59,872 bases of DNA from Gemmatimonadota bacterium (GCA_035687745.1 DASRVA010000183.1:1-59872), one strand, 5' to 3'. Shown: positions 44,175 to 54,404, numbered from the stretch's first letter. A program made the numbers and translations. Notes: generated by a model not told the origin, from the letters alone.

Positions 44175-45872
44175 TCAGAAATCCGGTGACTCGTGGCGGA
44201 GTCCGCGCCCCGGGGTCGCCCCCGTGGGCTCGCCGTCCCGAAGGACCCGGACCCCGTTGACGAGGACGTGGCGGATCCCCACGGCCAGCCGCTTCGGCTC
44301 CTCGAAGGTGGCCTGGTCGCAGACCGTCCTGGGATCGAACACGGTCACGTCCGCGTACGCCCCCGGCTCGAGGACGCCCCTCCCGGTCAGCCCGGCCCTC
44401 TCCGCCGGCAGCCGGGTCATCCGGCGGACCGCCTCCTCGAGGTCGAAGACGCCGCGCTCCCGGACGTAGCGGCAGAGGACGCGGGGGAAGGTGCCGAAGG
44501 CGCGGGGGTGCGGCTGGTCGGCCGAGAGCGGCCCCTCCAGCGCGCGTATCCCGGCGTCGCCGCCGATCATGACCCATGGCTGCCGGAGGGCGGTCTCCAG
44601 GTCGTCCTCGCTCATCGAGAAGTAGATGGCCGAGGTCCGGAGGGAGTCCGCGAGCAGGAGTTCGATCACGGTCTCGCCCGGGGTCTGGCCGCGCTCCGCA
44701 GCGATCTCCGAGAGGCGCATCCCCTCGTAGCGCGTCAGCGAATCGGTCACGACGTCGCTGATCAGGACCCCTTCCGGGCCGCCGGCCGAAGTGGCCAGGT
44801 TCCAGTCTCCGCCCTGGTCGCGCCCGCCGAGGTACCCGGCCAGCGAGTCGCGCCAGACGGGGTCATGGAGGCGGGCGACGGTCTCGGCGGGGGTCTCGGC
44901 CTCGAACCATGCCGGGAGCACGGCGTCCAGACCGGTCGAGGAGGCTGTATACGGGTAGACGCTCGCCATGACGTCGAGCCCCCGCCCACGAGCCGCCTCG
45001 ATCCGCGCGACCGCCTCGTCCATCTTCCCCCAGTTGGCGCGGCCGCTGGCCTTCAGGTGATGGATCAGGACCGGCGCCCCGCTCCGCTCGCCGATCTCGA
45101 TCGCCTCGTCGATCGCCTCGAGGAGCCGGTCGCCCTCGTTCCGGATGTGGCTCGCGTAGATCCCGCCGTGGCGGGCCACGACCGCGGCCAGCTCGGCGAT
45201 CTCGTCGGCGGTCGCGTAGCGCCCGGGGGCGTAGATCAGGCCGCTGGAGAGCCCGAAGGCGCCCCGCTCCATGGCGTCCTCCAGGGCCTCCTTCATGACC
45301 TCCATCTCGTCGCGGGTGGGACGGCGATCTGCGGGCCCCACGCCGTGCAGCCACAGGGACGAGAGCCCGACCCAGGTGCCGAGGTTGATCGCGGTCCCTT
45401 GCCGGTCGAGCCGCTCGAAGTAGCCGTCCAGGTCGTCCCACGTGTACTCGACCCCCCACGGCTCGATCTCGCTCTGCCGCTCCTCCCGGGGCCGCTCCGA
45501 GGCGGGAACGACGCTCGTCACCTCGCCGGTGATCTCGGTCGTCACGCCCTGGGTGATCTTGGAGATCGCGCGGCCGTCGGCGAGCAGTCGGAACTCCGAA
45601 TGGCCCAGCATGTCGATGAAGCCGGGGGCGACGGCGAGGCCGGTCGCGTCGATCGTGTCGCGGGCGGCGCCGAGATCGAGCCCGATCGCCGCGACCCGGT
45701 CGCCTCGGATCGCGACATCCGCCCGGAAGCCGGACGAGCCGGTGCCGTTGATCACGGTGCCGCCGAGGATCAGCAGGTCGTGCGATCGGGTAGGAGTCGG
45801 CCCGTGGGTGCAGGAAATCAGGGTGGGCAAGGCGAGAGTGAGCGCGACGGCTCGTATTCCGGGTCTCTTCAC
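44175..45872 (-). CDS. N-acyl-D-amino-acid deacylase (D-aminoacylase, amidohydrolase 3), lipoprotein
   Basis: APGFIDMLGHS, QGVTTE, ASHIRNE, HPRAFGTFPR, GAYADVTVFD. Confidence 0.9.
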   Translation of the reverse strand: MKRPGIRAVALTLALPTLISCTHGPTPTRSHDLLILGGTVINGTGSSGFRADVAIRGDRVAAIGLDLGAARDTIDATGLAVAPGFIDMLGHSEFRLLADGRAISKITQGVTTEITGEVTSVVPASERPREERQSEIEPWGVEYTWDDLDGYFERLDRQGTAINLGTWVGLSSLWLHGVGPADRRPTRDEMEVMKEALEDAMERGAFGLSSGLIYAPGRYATADEIAELAAVVARHGGIYASHIRNEGDRLLEAIDEAIEIGERSGAPVLIHHLKASGRANWGKMDEAVARIEAARGRGLDVMASVYPYTASSTGLDAVLPAWFEAETPAETVARLHDPVWRDSLAGYLGGRDQGGDWNLATSAGGPEGVLISDVVTDSLTRYEGMRLSEIAAERGQTPGETVIELLLADSLRTSAIYFSMSEDDLETALRQPWVMIGGDAGIRALEGPLSADQPHPRAFGTFPRVLCRYVRERGVFDLEEAVRRMTRLPAERAGLTGRGVLEPGAYADVTVFDPRTVCDQATFEEPKRLAVGIRHVLVNGVRVLRDGEPTGATPGRGLRHESPDF

Positions 45873-45887
45873 GACGCTGCCGACAGA

Positions 45888-47933
45888 TCAGCCCCTGGGC
45901 TGGAACCCCAGGCCCGCGAGCCCCTGGCGGGCCTCGGCGATCTTCGGGGCGAGCGCGGGATCGGCGAGGCGCCAGTGGGCGAGCGCGGTCTCGTACTGCT
46001 CCTTGGCCTCCTCGTGGCGTCCGAGCGCCTCGTAGACCTTCCCCAGTTCGAGCGCCGCGTAAGGGTCGTTGCGGAACGAGCGATACCACGGGATCGCTTC
46101 CTCGATTCGGCCGAGGTCCACGAGGAGTCCGGCGATCCGCCAGCGGACGATCGCGTTCATCCCCTCGACCGCGTCCCAGCCGGTCCCGGCACGCTGGCCC
46201 TCGAGGAGCGCGGTCAGCGCGGCCTCGCGATCGCCCTGCTGGAGGAGTGACAACCCCTCCAGCGCCCGCACGAACCCCTGGCTCTGAGGAGCCGCGAGCG
46301 TGTCGCCGGGTTCCAGCGGGCTCTGACCGAAGGCCTGCCTGCGTGTCAGCGCGACGCGGAAATCTTCCCGGCGCCCCTCTTCGGCCGCCAGGAGCCCGGC
46401 GAGATAGACGTTGGGGAACGTCGTGTCCGCTTCGGCGAGCGCGCGCAGGGTGTCTGGGTCGACCGGCAGGTCGTACAAGTCCTCGAAGTAGAGAACGGCG
46501 GTGCGGAAACCCGGTCCCGGGAGGCCCTCGCCGGCGCGCAGGATCTGGTTGACCGCTTCCACCCGCCCGGCCGCGAAGTTCGCGAAGGTGAACGAGCCCG
46601 CGTTCCCATCCCGGAGCGCCGCGTCTGCGGCGGCCAGCCGGACCTCGAGGAAGCGGGGATGGGCGAGCAGGCCGGTGATTGCGCCGTGCCCGCCTTGCAA
46701 TGTGTCGAGCGCCGAGAGCGCCCTTGAACGTTCCGCCGGAGTGCCCCAGGCCAGGGCCGCAGCCAGCCGGTACTCCCGCGCATCGGAGGTCTCGCCTGCC
46801 AGCTTCTCGAACGTGCCCAGGAGCTCCAGGGCCCGGGCGCTGTCGGCGCGGTAGAACGCTTCCTCGATCGGGTGCTGGTAGTGGGGGGCGAAGGTGGGAT
46901 CGAGCTGGATCGCCCGGTCGAGCACGCGCGCGGTCTCGGCGTCGTCCACGACCAGCTGATCGCCGAAGTGCACGTAGTGCTCTCCCAGGAGATACAAGAG
47001 CTCCGGGTCGTCGGGATAGCGCCGGGTGGCGGACTTGAGCGGCTCCAGCATGGTCATCGAGCCCGCGTAGAAGGCGCGGTAGGCGCGGACGAGAATAGCC
47101 TCTCGCTCCGGCAGCCGGCCCGCGTGTCGGGCTGCATGCGCGGCCGGCTCCACCACGTCGCCCTCCGGCCGGTCCGGGAAGGGGAGCCAGGAGATCGATT
47201 CGCCGAGCCGGAGCCAGGCCAGCGCGAACGTGGTGTCGGCGTCCACCGCGCGCCGGTAGGCCTGGATGGCCCCCTGCCAGTCCGCCTTCCGGTACAGGAT
47301 CTCGCCCTCGAGATAGGCCCTGAGAGCGGGGAGCGAAGCGGTCGTTACGCGGGCCAGCTCGACCCGCGGCAGGTCCTCGGCCGGCCGGCCGAGGATCGCC
47401 TTCAGCGCCTCGACCGAGAGCCTGTCGACCAGCATGTAGACCGAATCCGGCGCCCCCTCGACCTGGGCCTGGCCGAGGATCTCCCCGTTGGCCACCTCGT
47501 AGATGTCGGCCGTGAGGCGCAGGTCCCGCCCGAGCGCCGCCGCGTTTCCCAGAAGCGCGTAGCGAGCGCCCGTGCGACGGGCGACGTCGAGCGAGGTGGC
47601 GAGGTCGGCCCGCTCGCCCTCCTTCACCGCCTCGTGCCAGCGGGCGAGGAGGGTCCGGCTGTCGATCGCCCGGAGCCCGGCAGCCCCGTCGAGGTTGGAC
47701 CCGATCAGGTCGATTGCGCCCTCTCTCCACGCATCGAGACCCTCTCCCTGGACCGAGAAGGGGAGCACGGCGACCCCCGGCGCGGCGCCGGCCAGCGCCT
47801 CGTCCGGCGCAAAGGTCCTTCCCCGATCCTGGATCACCACCCACATCCCCGCGATCCCGAACAGCATGGCGAACGCGAACGCGCCTCCTGCGATCGCGCG
47901 ACCCCACGTCAGGTGTGGGATCTCGCCCCGCAT
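45888..47933 (-). CDS. TM-TolB_N-like-TPR protein, C-terminal half of a split receptor cyclase
   Basis: ATG overlaps the upstream TGA (TGATG), with GGAG 7 nt upstream. PGVAVLPF...GLRAIDSRT, TPR helices; colinear with the paralog at 48921-51893. Confidence 0.75.
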   Translation of the reverse strand: MRGEIPHLTWGRAIAGGAFAFAMLFGIAGMWVVIQDRGRTFAPDEALAGAAPGVAVLPFSVQGEGLDAWREGAIDLIGSNLDGAAGLRAIDSRTLLARWHEAVKEGERADLATSLDVARRTGARYALLGNAAALGRDLRLTADIYEVANGEILGQAQVEGAPDSVYMLVDRLSVEALKAILGRPAEDLPRVELARVTTASLPALRAYLEGEILYRKADWQGAIQAYRRAVDADTTFALAWLRLGESISWLPFPDRPEGDVVEPAAHAARHAGRLPEREAILVRAYRAFYAGSMTMLEPLKSATRRYPDDPELLYLLGEHYVHFGDQLVVDDAETARVLDRAIQLDPTFAPHYQHPIEEAFYRADSARALELLGTFEKLAGETSDAREYRLAAALAWGTPAERSRALSALDTLQGGHGAITGLLAHPRFLEVRLAAADAALRDGNAGSFTFANFAAGRVEAVNQILRAGEGLPGPGFRTAVLYFEDLYDLPVDPDTLRALAEADTTFPNVYLAGLLAAEEGRREDFRVALTRRQAFGQSPLEPGDTLAAPQSQGFVRALEGLSLLQQGDREAALTALLEGQRAGTGWDAVEGMNAIVRWRIAGLLVDLGRIEEAIPWYRSFRNDPYAALELGKVYEALGRHEEAKEQYETALAHWRLADPALAPKIAEARQGLAGLGFQPRG

Positions 47934-48778
47934 CAGCGCGCTCCGAGGTCGATCTCCGTGGCTCCTGGGAGCTGCCCGCGGGCGCGGCGGGCCGCCGTCT
48001 GCGGCCGGGCCTGCACCCAGGCGGTGGTCGCAACGATGACGAGGCCCACGACAAGAAGGAGGACCGCGACCGTGGGGACCCAGTCGGGAAGACCGAGCGC
48101 GGAGCGGAGCAGGGTGGCGACCAGGAAGACAGCCACGCCTACGCCCAGATACAGAGCGAGGACCGGCACGAGCCGGGCCTGGCGAGCACGCGCGAGAAAT
48201 CCCGTCTCGGGCCCCTGCGAAGGCTGGGCCTCCTCCGCCTCCGCCGGGATCTCCGAGAGAGCGTAGATCCTCCATTCCCCGGCTACGCCCTTGAGGGTCT
48301 GGCGGCCGCGATCCTCGAAGCGGAAGTCCGATCCCGCCTCCGCGTCGCGCACCGTGCCCGAGACCAGGATCTCGTCGGGACCGGCCAGGGCGGCCACTCG
48401 CGCACCGATATGAACGGCGATCCCGCCGACGTCGCCGTCCTCGCGCTCGACCTCCCCCATGTGAATGCCGCAGCGCACCGAGAGATCCAGTCCGCGCACG
48501 GCCTCGCGGATCGCCGCCGCGCACAGGAGCGCATCGGCCGGGCTCTCGAAGACCGAAAGGAATCCGTCGCCGGCGGTGGCGATCTCGTGGCCCCGGTGGT
48601 GTCGCAGCTCTTCGCGGACAGCGGAGTGATGGGCGCGCAGGATCTCCCGCCAGCGGCGATCCCCTAGCTTTGACGCGCGCTCAGTCGAGCCGACGATGTC
48701 GGTGAAGAGGACGGTGGCGATCATGCGCCGGGACTCCAATGCAGCCTCCCTGAGCGTCGGCGAATCGACATCCACCAA
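47933..48778 (-). CDS. Class III nucleotidyl cyclase (Rv1900c/LipJ-like) plus 2 TM helices, N-terminal half of the split gene
   Basis: LFTDIVGST, ATAGDGF, RCGIHMGE, GGIAVHIGARV. Confidence 0.85.
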   Translation of the reverse strand: MVDVDSPTLREAALESRRMIATVLFTDIVGSTERASKLGDRRWREILRAHHSAVREELRHHRGHEIATAGDGFLSVFESPADALLCAAAIREAVRGLDLSVRCGIHMGEVEREDGDVGGIAVHIGARVAALAGPDEILVSGTVRDAEAGSDFRFEDRGRQTLKGVAGEWRIYALSEIPAEAEEAQPSQGPETGFLARARQARLVPVLALYLGVGVAVFLVATLLRSALGLPDWVPTVAVLLLVVGLVIVATTAWVQARPQTAARRARGQLPGATEIDLGAR

Positions 48779-48920
48779 TATGGTGAACCGGCCCAGGAGG
48801 CGGGAGTCGAGTTGAGCCGCCAGTTTCGCGGCCTCACCGGATCTCGATTACCGCACCATGGTCGCGAGGTGGCGGTCGCGCTCGGTCATCGCATGCACTC
48901 CGGGCGCAGAGCCGGTGGCT

Positions 48921-51893
48921 TTAGCCCCGCCGCCCGAAGCCGAGCCGGTAGAGGGCCTGCCGCGCCGCCTCCACGCGTGGCTGGAGGGCGGGGTCGGCGT
49001 CCTGCCACGCGGTCACGAAGAGCTCGTACGCCTCGCGGGCCTTCTCGCGCTCCCCCATTCGCTCGTAGACCTGACCCAACTGGTCCGCCACGAGGGGGCG
49101 CTCTGGCCAGTAGAGCGTCCGGAAGTATCGCTCGGCGTCGGCCAGCCGGCCCTCCTCCATGGCGAGGGTTCCCAGCCAGATCCGGAGGACCGAGTTCACT
49201 TCGCCCATTGGGCCATGTCCGGTGGCCTCGCGGCGGGCGACTTCGAGGAGCGTCCGGGCCTTGTCCCTCTCCCCGCGCCGCCAGGCGGCGTAGCCGTCGA
49301 TCGCCTGGATCAGGCCTCGGGTCGTCCGGAGTCGGATCGAATCCCCCTCGGCACGGAGCCGCTGCGCGTCCTGCTGGGCCTCGGCCGCGGCCCGTTCGAA
49401 CTCCGGCCAGCGGCCTTGCTCAGCCGCCAGGACCGCGACAAAGAAGGGCTTGAGTCCGGGAAGCGTGTCGGCCGGCCCGAAGACGGCTGCCTCGGTGAGG
49501 CGCTCGGCGGGCACCGGCAAACCGAACAGGTGCAGGAAAAAGAGCCACTCGTGGCGGGCCTCCTCGGCCCGCGGATCGTCCAACGTCTCCAGGGCGGAGG
49601 CCAGCTCTCCCCGCAGGAGGTAAGCCCGCACCAGGCGAAAGGGCGTGTTACTCTCCCAGTCCTGGCGGCGCCTGAGGAGCGTGGCGAGCTCCTCGCGGAG
49701 CGGGCCGAAGCCTGGATGAGAGAGGTAGGGGAGCACAATGGTCCCGTCCTCCGTGCTCAGCGTATCGAGGGTCGCGCGGGCCGACGCCCGGGCCGCCTCG
49801 TCACCCCACAGAAGCGTCAGCGCGTGCCGCATCCCGGGCGCGAACTCGCCGTTGGGGGCGAGCCGGAGATATGTCCGGCCGAACCTGTTCGCGCGCGCGC
49901 TGTCGGCCCGGAAGAACGCGATGTCGGTGGGGTGGATGTAGAGCGGCGCCAAGCCAGGGTCGAGCTCGATGGCGCGCTCCCAGGGCTCGTCGTGCTGGGC
50001 CTCGTCAATCATCTCGGGCGAGCCGAGGTGGAAGTACGTCTCGCCGAGAGTGAACCAGAGCTCGACGTCGTCGGGGTACTTCCGGACCCCCTGCCGGAGG
50101 GGCTCGAACCCGTCCAGCGTGCCGCGCTCGAGCGCCAGGCTCGCCCGGACGAGGATCGCCTCCCGCTCGGGAAGCCGGCCGACGAAACGCGCGGCCTGCT
50201 CCAGGTAATGGGTCGAGAGATCGCTCGCGATCCCCTCGGCCCAGCCGTATGAGAGCGAGAGACGATAAAGGGCCAGAGCGAACGTCGAGTCGGCTTCGAC
50301 CGCCCGTTGGAAGACCGGGATCGCGGCGCCAAAGTCCGACCGCCGGTATAGGGCCTCCCCTTCGAGGTACGCCTTGAGCGCGGGGAGCGAGGTCGTCGTG
50401 ACGCGGGCCAGGTTGACCTGGGGAAGCGCCTCGGGCTTCCCGGCGAGGACCGTCTCCAGAACCCCGATCGAGAGCCGATCGACGAGCTGGTAGACCGAAT
50501 CGGGCACGCCCTGGATCTGGGTACGCCCCAGGCTCCGGCCGCTGGTGAGGTCATAAATGTCCGCGACTAGCCGGACATCGGTGCCGAGCTCGGTGGCCGT
50601 TCCCAGCAGTGCGTACCGGGCTCCGGTTCGCCGGCCCACCTCGAGCGCGGCTTCGAGGTCCGGGGTCTCCGAGCCCTGGACGACCTCGCTCCAGCGGGCC
50701 AGGACCGTGCGGCTGTCAATCGCGCGGAGCCCACCCGCGCCGTCGATGTTTGTCGAGACGAGGTCGATCACGCCCTCCCGCCAGACGTCGAGACCGGGCC
50801 CGTTCACGGTGAAGGGGAGGACCGCGATCCCGGGGGCCGCATCCTCGGCGACCGCGTCGGCCGGCGTGAAGCTCCGCCCGCGGTCCTGGATCACGACGTA
50901 GAGGCCGGCGAAGCCGAAGAGGAGCGAGAAGGCGACGGCGCCGCCGAGGATCGCTCGCGCCCAGGTGAGGTGCGGGACCTCGCCACGGGTGACGGAGCGG
51001 CCGAGCTCGCCCAGCGCGACCTCCCATCTGCCCGGCACGTCCTCCGTCTCGCGACCGGCTGTATGGGGGTGCGACTGGACCCAGGCCGTGGCCAGGACGA
51101 CCAGAAGACCGATCGCCAGCAGGACCAGGGCGACCGGAGTGACCCATGACGGAAGATCGAAAGCCGCGCGAAGCGCGCTCGAGCCCGCGAGAAGGACAGC
51201 CGCAGCCGCGAGGTAGATCGCCAGGACGCGGACGAGACGCGCGGTCGGAATCCCCGGTCCCGCACCTCGATCGACCGCCTCCTTCGGTGTGGCGGGGAGT
51301 CCGTGGCCGGCAACCGGGTGCGACCGGTGCCCTCCAGCCGGTTCCGTGCGCGCATCCAGGGTGGCCGCGGCGGCCGGATCGATCGACGCCGAGTAGACCG
51401 CGACTCGCGTGGCCATTCCTTTCAGGGACCGTTCGCCGAGCAGTTCGAACGCGAACTCGCGCCGCGGCCTCAGTTGCCGCCACACGTCCTCACTGACCAG
51501 GACCTGGCCCGGCTCGGCCTCGGCCTGCAGTCGAGCCGCGACGTTGACGCCGTCCCCGTAGAGGTCGCCGTCCTGTCCGGCCGCGACGTCCCCGACGTGG
51601 ACGCCGATCCGAAGCGTCCCCTCGCCGACCGCCTCGCGCGCGCGGTCGCCGAACCCCGCCATGAGCGCGTGCGCCGCCCGGACTGCGGCTTCGGTACTCG
51701 GGAACTCCGCGAGCGCACCGTCGCCCATGAACTTGACGATTCGCCCACCGCGCCGCTCGACGGTGTCGCGCGAGAGGGCTTGAAGGAGATCCACGAGATG
51801 GAGGGCCGCCGCCTCGTCCTCGCCCGCGAGGCGGCTATAGCCGACGATGTCGGCAAACCAGACCGCGGAGAGCCGGTGCTGCAGCGCGCTCAT
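48921..51893 (-). CDS. Receptor-like adenylate cyclase: class III cyclase, 3 TM helices, TolB_N-like domain, TPRs
   Basis: FADIVGYS, VKFMGDG, RIGVHVGD, DLYGDGVNVAARL; PGIAVLPF; TPR repeats. Confidence 0.9.
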   Translation of the reverse strand: MSALQHRLSAVWFADIVGYSRLAGEDEAAALHLVDLLQALSRDTVERRGGRIVKFMGDGALAEFPSTEAAVRAAHALMAGFGDRAREAVGEGTLRIGVHVGDVAAGQDGDLYGDGVNVAARLQAEAEPGQVLVSEDVWRQLRPRREFAFELLGERSLKGMATRVAVYSASIDPAAAATLDARTEPAGGHRSHPVAGHGLPATPKEAVDRGAGPGIPTARLVRVLAIYLAAAAVLLAGSSALRAAFDLPSWVTPVALVLLAIGLLVVLATAWVQSHPHTAGRETEDVPGRWEVALGELGRSVTRGEVPHLTWARAILGGAVAFSLLFGFAGLYVVIQDRGRSFTPADAVAEDAAPGIAVLPFTVNGPGLDVWREGVIDLVSTNIDGAGGLRAIDSRTVLARWSEVVQGSETPDLEAALEVGRRTGARYALLGTATELGTDVRLVADIYDLTSGRSLGRTQIQGVPDSVYQLVDRLSIGVLETVLAGKPEALPQVNLARVTTTSLPALKAYLEGEALYRRSDFGAAIPVFQRAVEADSTFALALYRLSLSYGWAEGIASDLSTHYLEQAARFVGRLPEREAILVRASLALERGTLDGFEPLRQGVRKYPDDVELWFTLGETYFHLGSPEMIDEAQHDEPWERAIELDPGLAPLYIHPTDIAFFRADSARANRFGRTYLRLAPNGEFAPGMRHALTLLWGDEAARASARATLDTLSTEDGTIVLPYLSHPGFGPLREELATLLRRRQDWESNTPFRLVRAYLLRGELASALETLDDPRAEEARHEWLFFLHLFGLPVPAERLTEAAVFGPADTLPGLKPFFVAVLAAEQGRWPEFERAAAEAQQDAQRLRAEGDSIRLRTTRGLIQAIDGYAAWRRGERDKARTLLEVARREATGHGPMGEVNSVLRIWLGTLAMEEGRLADAERYFRTLYWPERPLVADQLGQVYERMGEREKAREAYELFVTAWQDADPALQPRVEAARQALYRLGFGRRG

Positions 51894-51996
51894 CGATCCT
51901 CGGATGGCCCGTGGAAGAGACCCGTGCGGGTTTCGTGCGAGGATAGCGAAAGAGATAGGCGTGGGCTAGGGAGAGGAGACGGGGCTGACCACCCCG

Positions 51997-53817
51997 TCAG
52001 CGTGACTCGATCTCGGACTTGAGCAGCCCGAGCGCGTCCTCGACCGCCACCAGCTCGCCGCGGGCCTGGTGGAGCCGCTCCTGCTGGCCGGCGACGAAGC
52101 TCCGGTAAGGCTCGATCGCCTCCTCCACCCGTCCGGCCGCGCCCTCGATCTCGTGGTGGACCTGCCGGGTGAGGGATCCCCGGAGCCGCGTCCGGACTTC
52201 CTCCACCCGCTCGTGGAACCGGCGCTTGGCTTCGCGGCGCCGGCGCGGGATCAGGTAGAAGCCGCCGAACGCGAGGAGGGTCGCCAGGAGAAACCCGGTC
52301 ACGTCGGCCGCCGCCCCGGCGAACGCGGTCGCGACCAGCGCCCCCACGCCGACCGCGCCGGCCTCGGCGAGCGCGGTCGTGGCGAACGTCCCCTGAACCT
52401 CGTTGGCGATCGCGCGGGATTCCGCCTCACGGTCGTAGCTCCGGAGCGCGTCCCGCGCGAGCTGGCCGACCGAGCCCAGAAGCGCCTGGCGGTTGTAGTC
52501 GAACCGCCGGCCGAGGGCGTCCATCCCGGGCCGCTCGCGGGCGCCCTCGACCGCGGCCTGGATGTCCTGCCAGAGGTCCAGGTCCCGCTCGACGATCCAG
52601 TCCACGATCTCCTGGACCTCGGCCTCGATCCGCTTCGGGGTCTCCCCGATCACGGCGTGCTCGAAGTCGCGCCGGACCTGGTCGCTGTCGAGAAGGCTCC
52701 TGATCCGGCCGATCCGCACGGTCTCGTCGAAGAACGCCATCCCACGGTGCTCCATGTCGTGGAGGTGGACGTCCAGGCGGGCGAGACGGGGCTCGAGATC
52801 GCGCAGCATGCGGTCGTGGAACTGGGTCACGCGGCCGTCGATCCTCTCGATCGTCTGGACGTCCTCGGCCAACGCCTTGAGCCGCTCGAAGGCGACGTCC
52901 TTGTAGCGGGCCGAGAGCCGGAGCCCGACGTTCAGCGGGTTGAGGAGCTTCAAGCGGACCCGCTCCTCCTCGTCCAGGGTCTCCTCCAGGTAGCGCTCGA
53001 CGTCCCCGAAGCCGCTCTCCCGCCATCCCTCTTCGCTCGACTCCGTTCGCGCATGCAGCGCGCGGCGGGACGAGACCGCGAAGATCTCGGGGTCGAGGCC
53101 GAGGAGACGGCGCGCCTGCTCCCTCACGTAGTCGACGACCTGCCGACGGTCGGCCTCGCTGGCCAGGACGTCGATCCGGTTCACCACGAAGACGATCTTC
53201 TTGCCCCACTCCCGGACGTGCTCGAGAAAGGCACGCTCGCTCTCGGTGAACGGCCGGTCGGCCGAGGTCACGAAGAGGACCAGATCGCAGCGCGGGATGA
53301 ACTCTCGCGTCAGCTCCTCGTGACGGCGGATCACCGCGTTCGTGCCGGGCGTGTCCACGATGTGGATCTCGCGCAAGAGCTCCAGAGGATGCGTGCGCTC
53401 GACGAGGAAGGGCTCGACCGCCCGGTCGCCGGGGGATCCGTGACGCAGGAGCGTGATCCGATCGGTGGTCGGGGTGACCCCCTCGGCCAGGACGGGCTCC
53501 CCCAGGAGCGCGTTGATGAAGGTCGATTTTCCGGAGTTGAACTCGCCGACCACGACGAGCAGGAAGAACCCCTCGAGCTGGCCGACCGCCTCCCGGAATC
53601 GCCGCAGGTCCTCCTCAGCGACGTCGGGCTGAAAGCGCTCGAGGGCGTCGCCCAGCCGCTCCAGGAGCTCCCGCTCGCGGGCGCGCAGCTCCTGCTCGCG
53701 GCGCGAGAGGACGTGCGAGCGACCGAGGATCCCGCGGATCACGACCCCACGTTCGCGCGGCCCGACCGGCCGGGCAAGAGAGATGGTCGGGACAGCCCCG
53801 TCGACCCGTTCAGTCAC
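51997..53817 (-). CDS. Bacterial dynamin-like GTPase (FZL/Fzo-like)
   Basis: VVGEFNSGKSTFINALLG, TPTT, VDTPGTN, FVTSADRPFTESE, VNRID, C-terminal hydrophobic hairpin. Start uncertain. Confidence 0.9.
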   Translation of the reverse strand: MTERVDGAVPTISLARPVGPRERGVVIRGILGRSHVLSRREQELRARERELLERLGDALERFQPDVAEEDLRRFREAVGQLEGFFLLVVVGEFNSGKSTFINALLGEPVLAEGVTPTTDRITLLRHGSPGDRAVEPFLVERTHPLELLREIHIVDTPGTNAVIRRHEELTREFIPRCDLVLFVTSADRPFTESERAFLEHVREWGKKIVFVVNRIDVLASEADRRQVVDYVREQARRLLGLDPEIFAVSSRRALHARTESSEEGWRESGFGDVERYLEETLDEEERVRLKLLNPLNVGLRLSARYKDVAFERLKALAEDVQTIERIDGRVTQFHDRMLRDLEPRLARLDVHLHDMEHRGMAFFDETVRIGRIRSLLDSDQVRRDFEHAVIGETPKRIEAEVQEIVDWIVERDLDLWQDIQAAVEGARERPGMDALGRRFDYNRQALLGSVGQLARDALRSYDREAESRAIANEVQGTFATTALAEAGAVGVGALVATAFAGAAADVTGFLLATLLAFGGFYLIPRRRREAKRRFHERVEEVRTRLRGSLTRQVHHEIEGAAGRVEEAIEPYRSFVAGQQERLHQARGELVAVEDALGLLKSEIESR

Positions 53818-53930
53818 TGTCAGAAATCCACCGGCGGGAACGGACGGCGATCGTGATACTGAATGGAGTCAACAGCGCAAGACTTTGGCCCGCCTGGCGC
53901 CGCGCGGGCCGGATCCAAGAAGGAGGAGCC

Positions 53931-54404
53931 ATGAAGAAGGTTACGACCGCCCTGACGACGATGACGCTCGCGCTGGCCGCCTGCTCGGCCCGCACGGACA
54001 GCCAGGTCGCGACCACGACCGAGATGGGCACCACCGAGACGGGGCCGGCGCTGCTCTCCTGGGAGGTCGCCCTCCTGCCCAACGCCGGCTACGACATGGC
54101 GGGGGAGGCAAGCGTCCGCGACCTGGGCGAGAACGGGACCCGCGTCGCCGTGGAAGTTCGGGACGGGGAACCGGGCACCACGCATCCGTGGCACTTGCAC
54201 GAGGGGGAGTGCGATTCGGGCGGCGGGATCGTGGGCGCGGCCGCGGCCTACGAGGCCCTGGTTCTGAACCAGGACGGCGAGGCGTCCGGTGCGGCGAACA
54301 TCGAGCTCAGGCTGGACCCGGACGTGGACTACCACGTGAACGTCCACAAGTCGCCGTCCGAGACCGACACGATCATCGCCTGCGGGGAGCTGCGGGAAAA
54401 CTAG
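53931..54404 (+). CDS. Lipoprotein with a Cu/Zn-SOD/CHRD-like His-rich fold
   Basis: ATG after AGGAGG. Lipobox LAAC; HPWHLHEGEC...YHVNVHKS...IIACGEL. Confidence 0.7.
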   Translation: MKKVTTALTTMTLALAACSARTDSQVATTTEMGTTETGPALLSWEVALLPNAGYDMAGEASVRDLGENGTRVAVEVRDGEPGTTHPWHLHEGECDSGGGIVGAAAAYEALVLNQDGEASGAANIELRLDPDVDYHVNVHKSPSETDTIIACGELREN

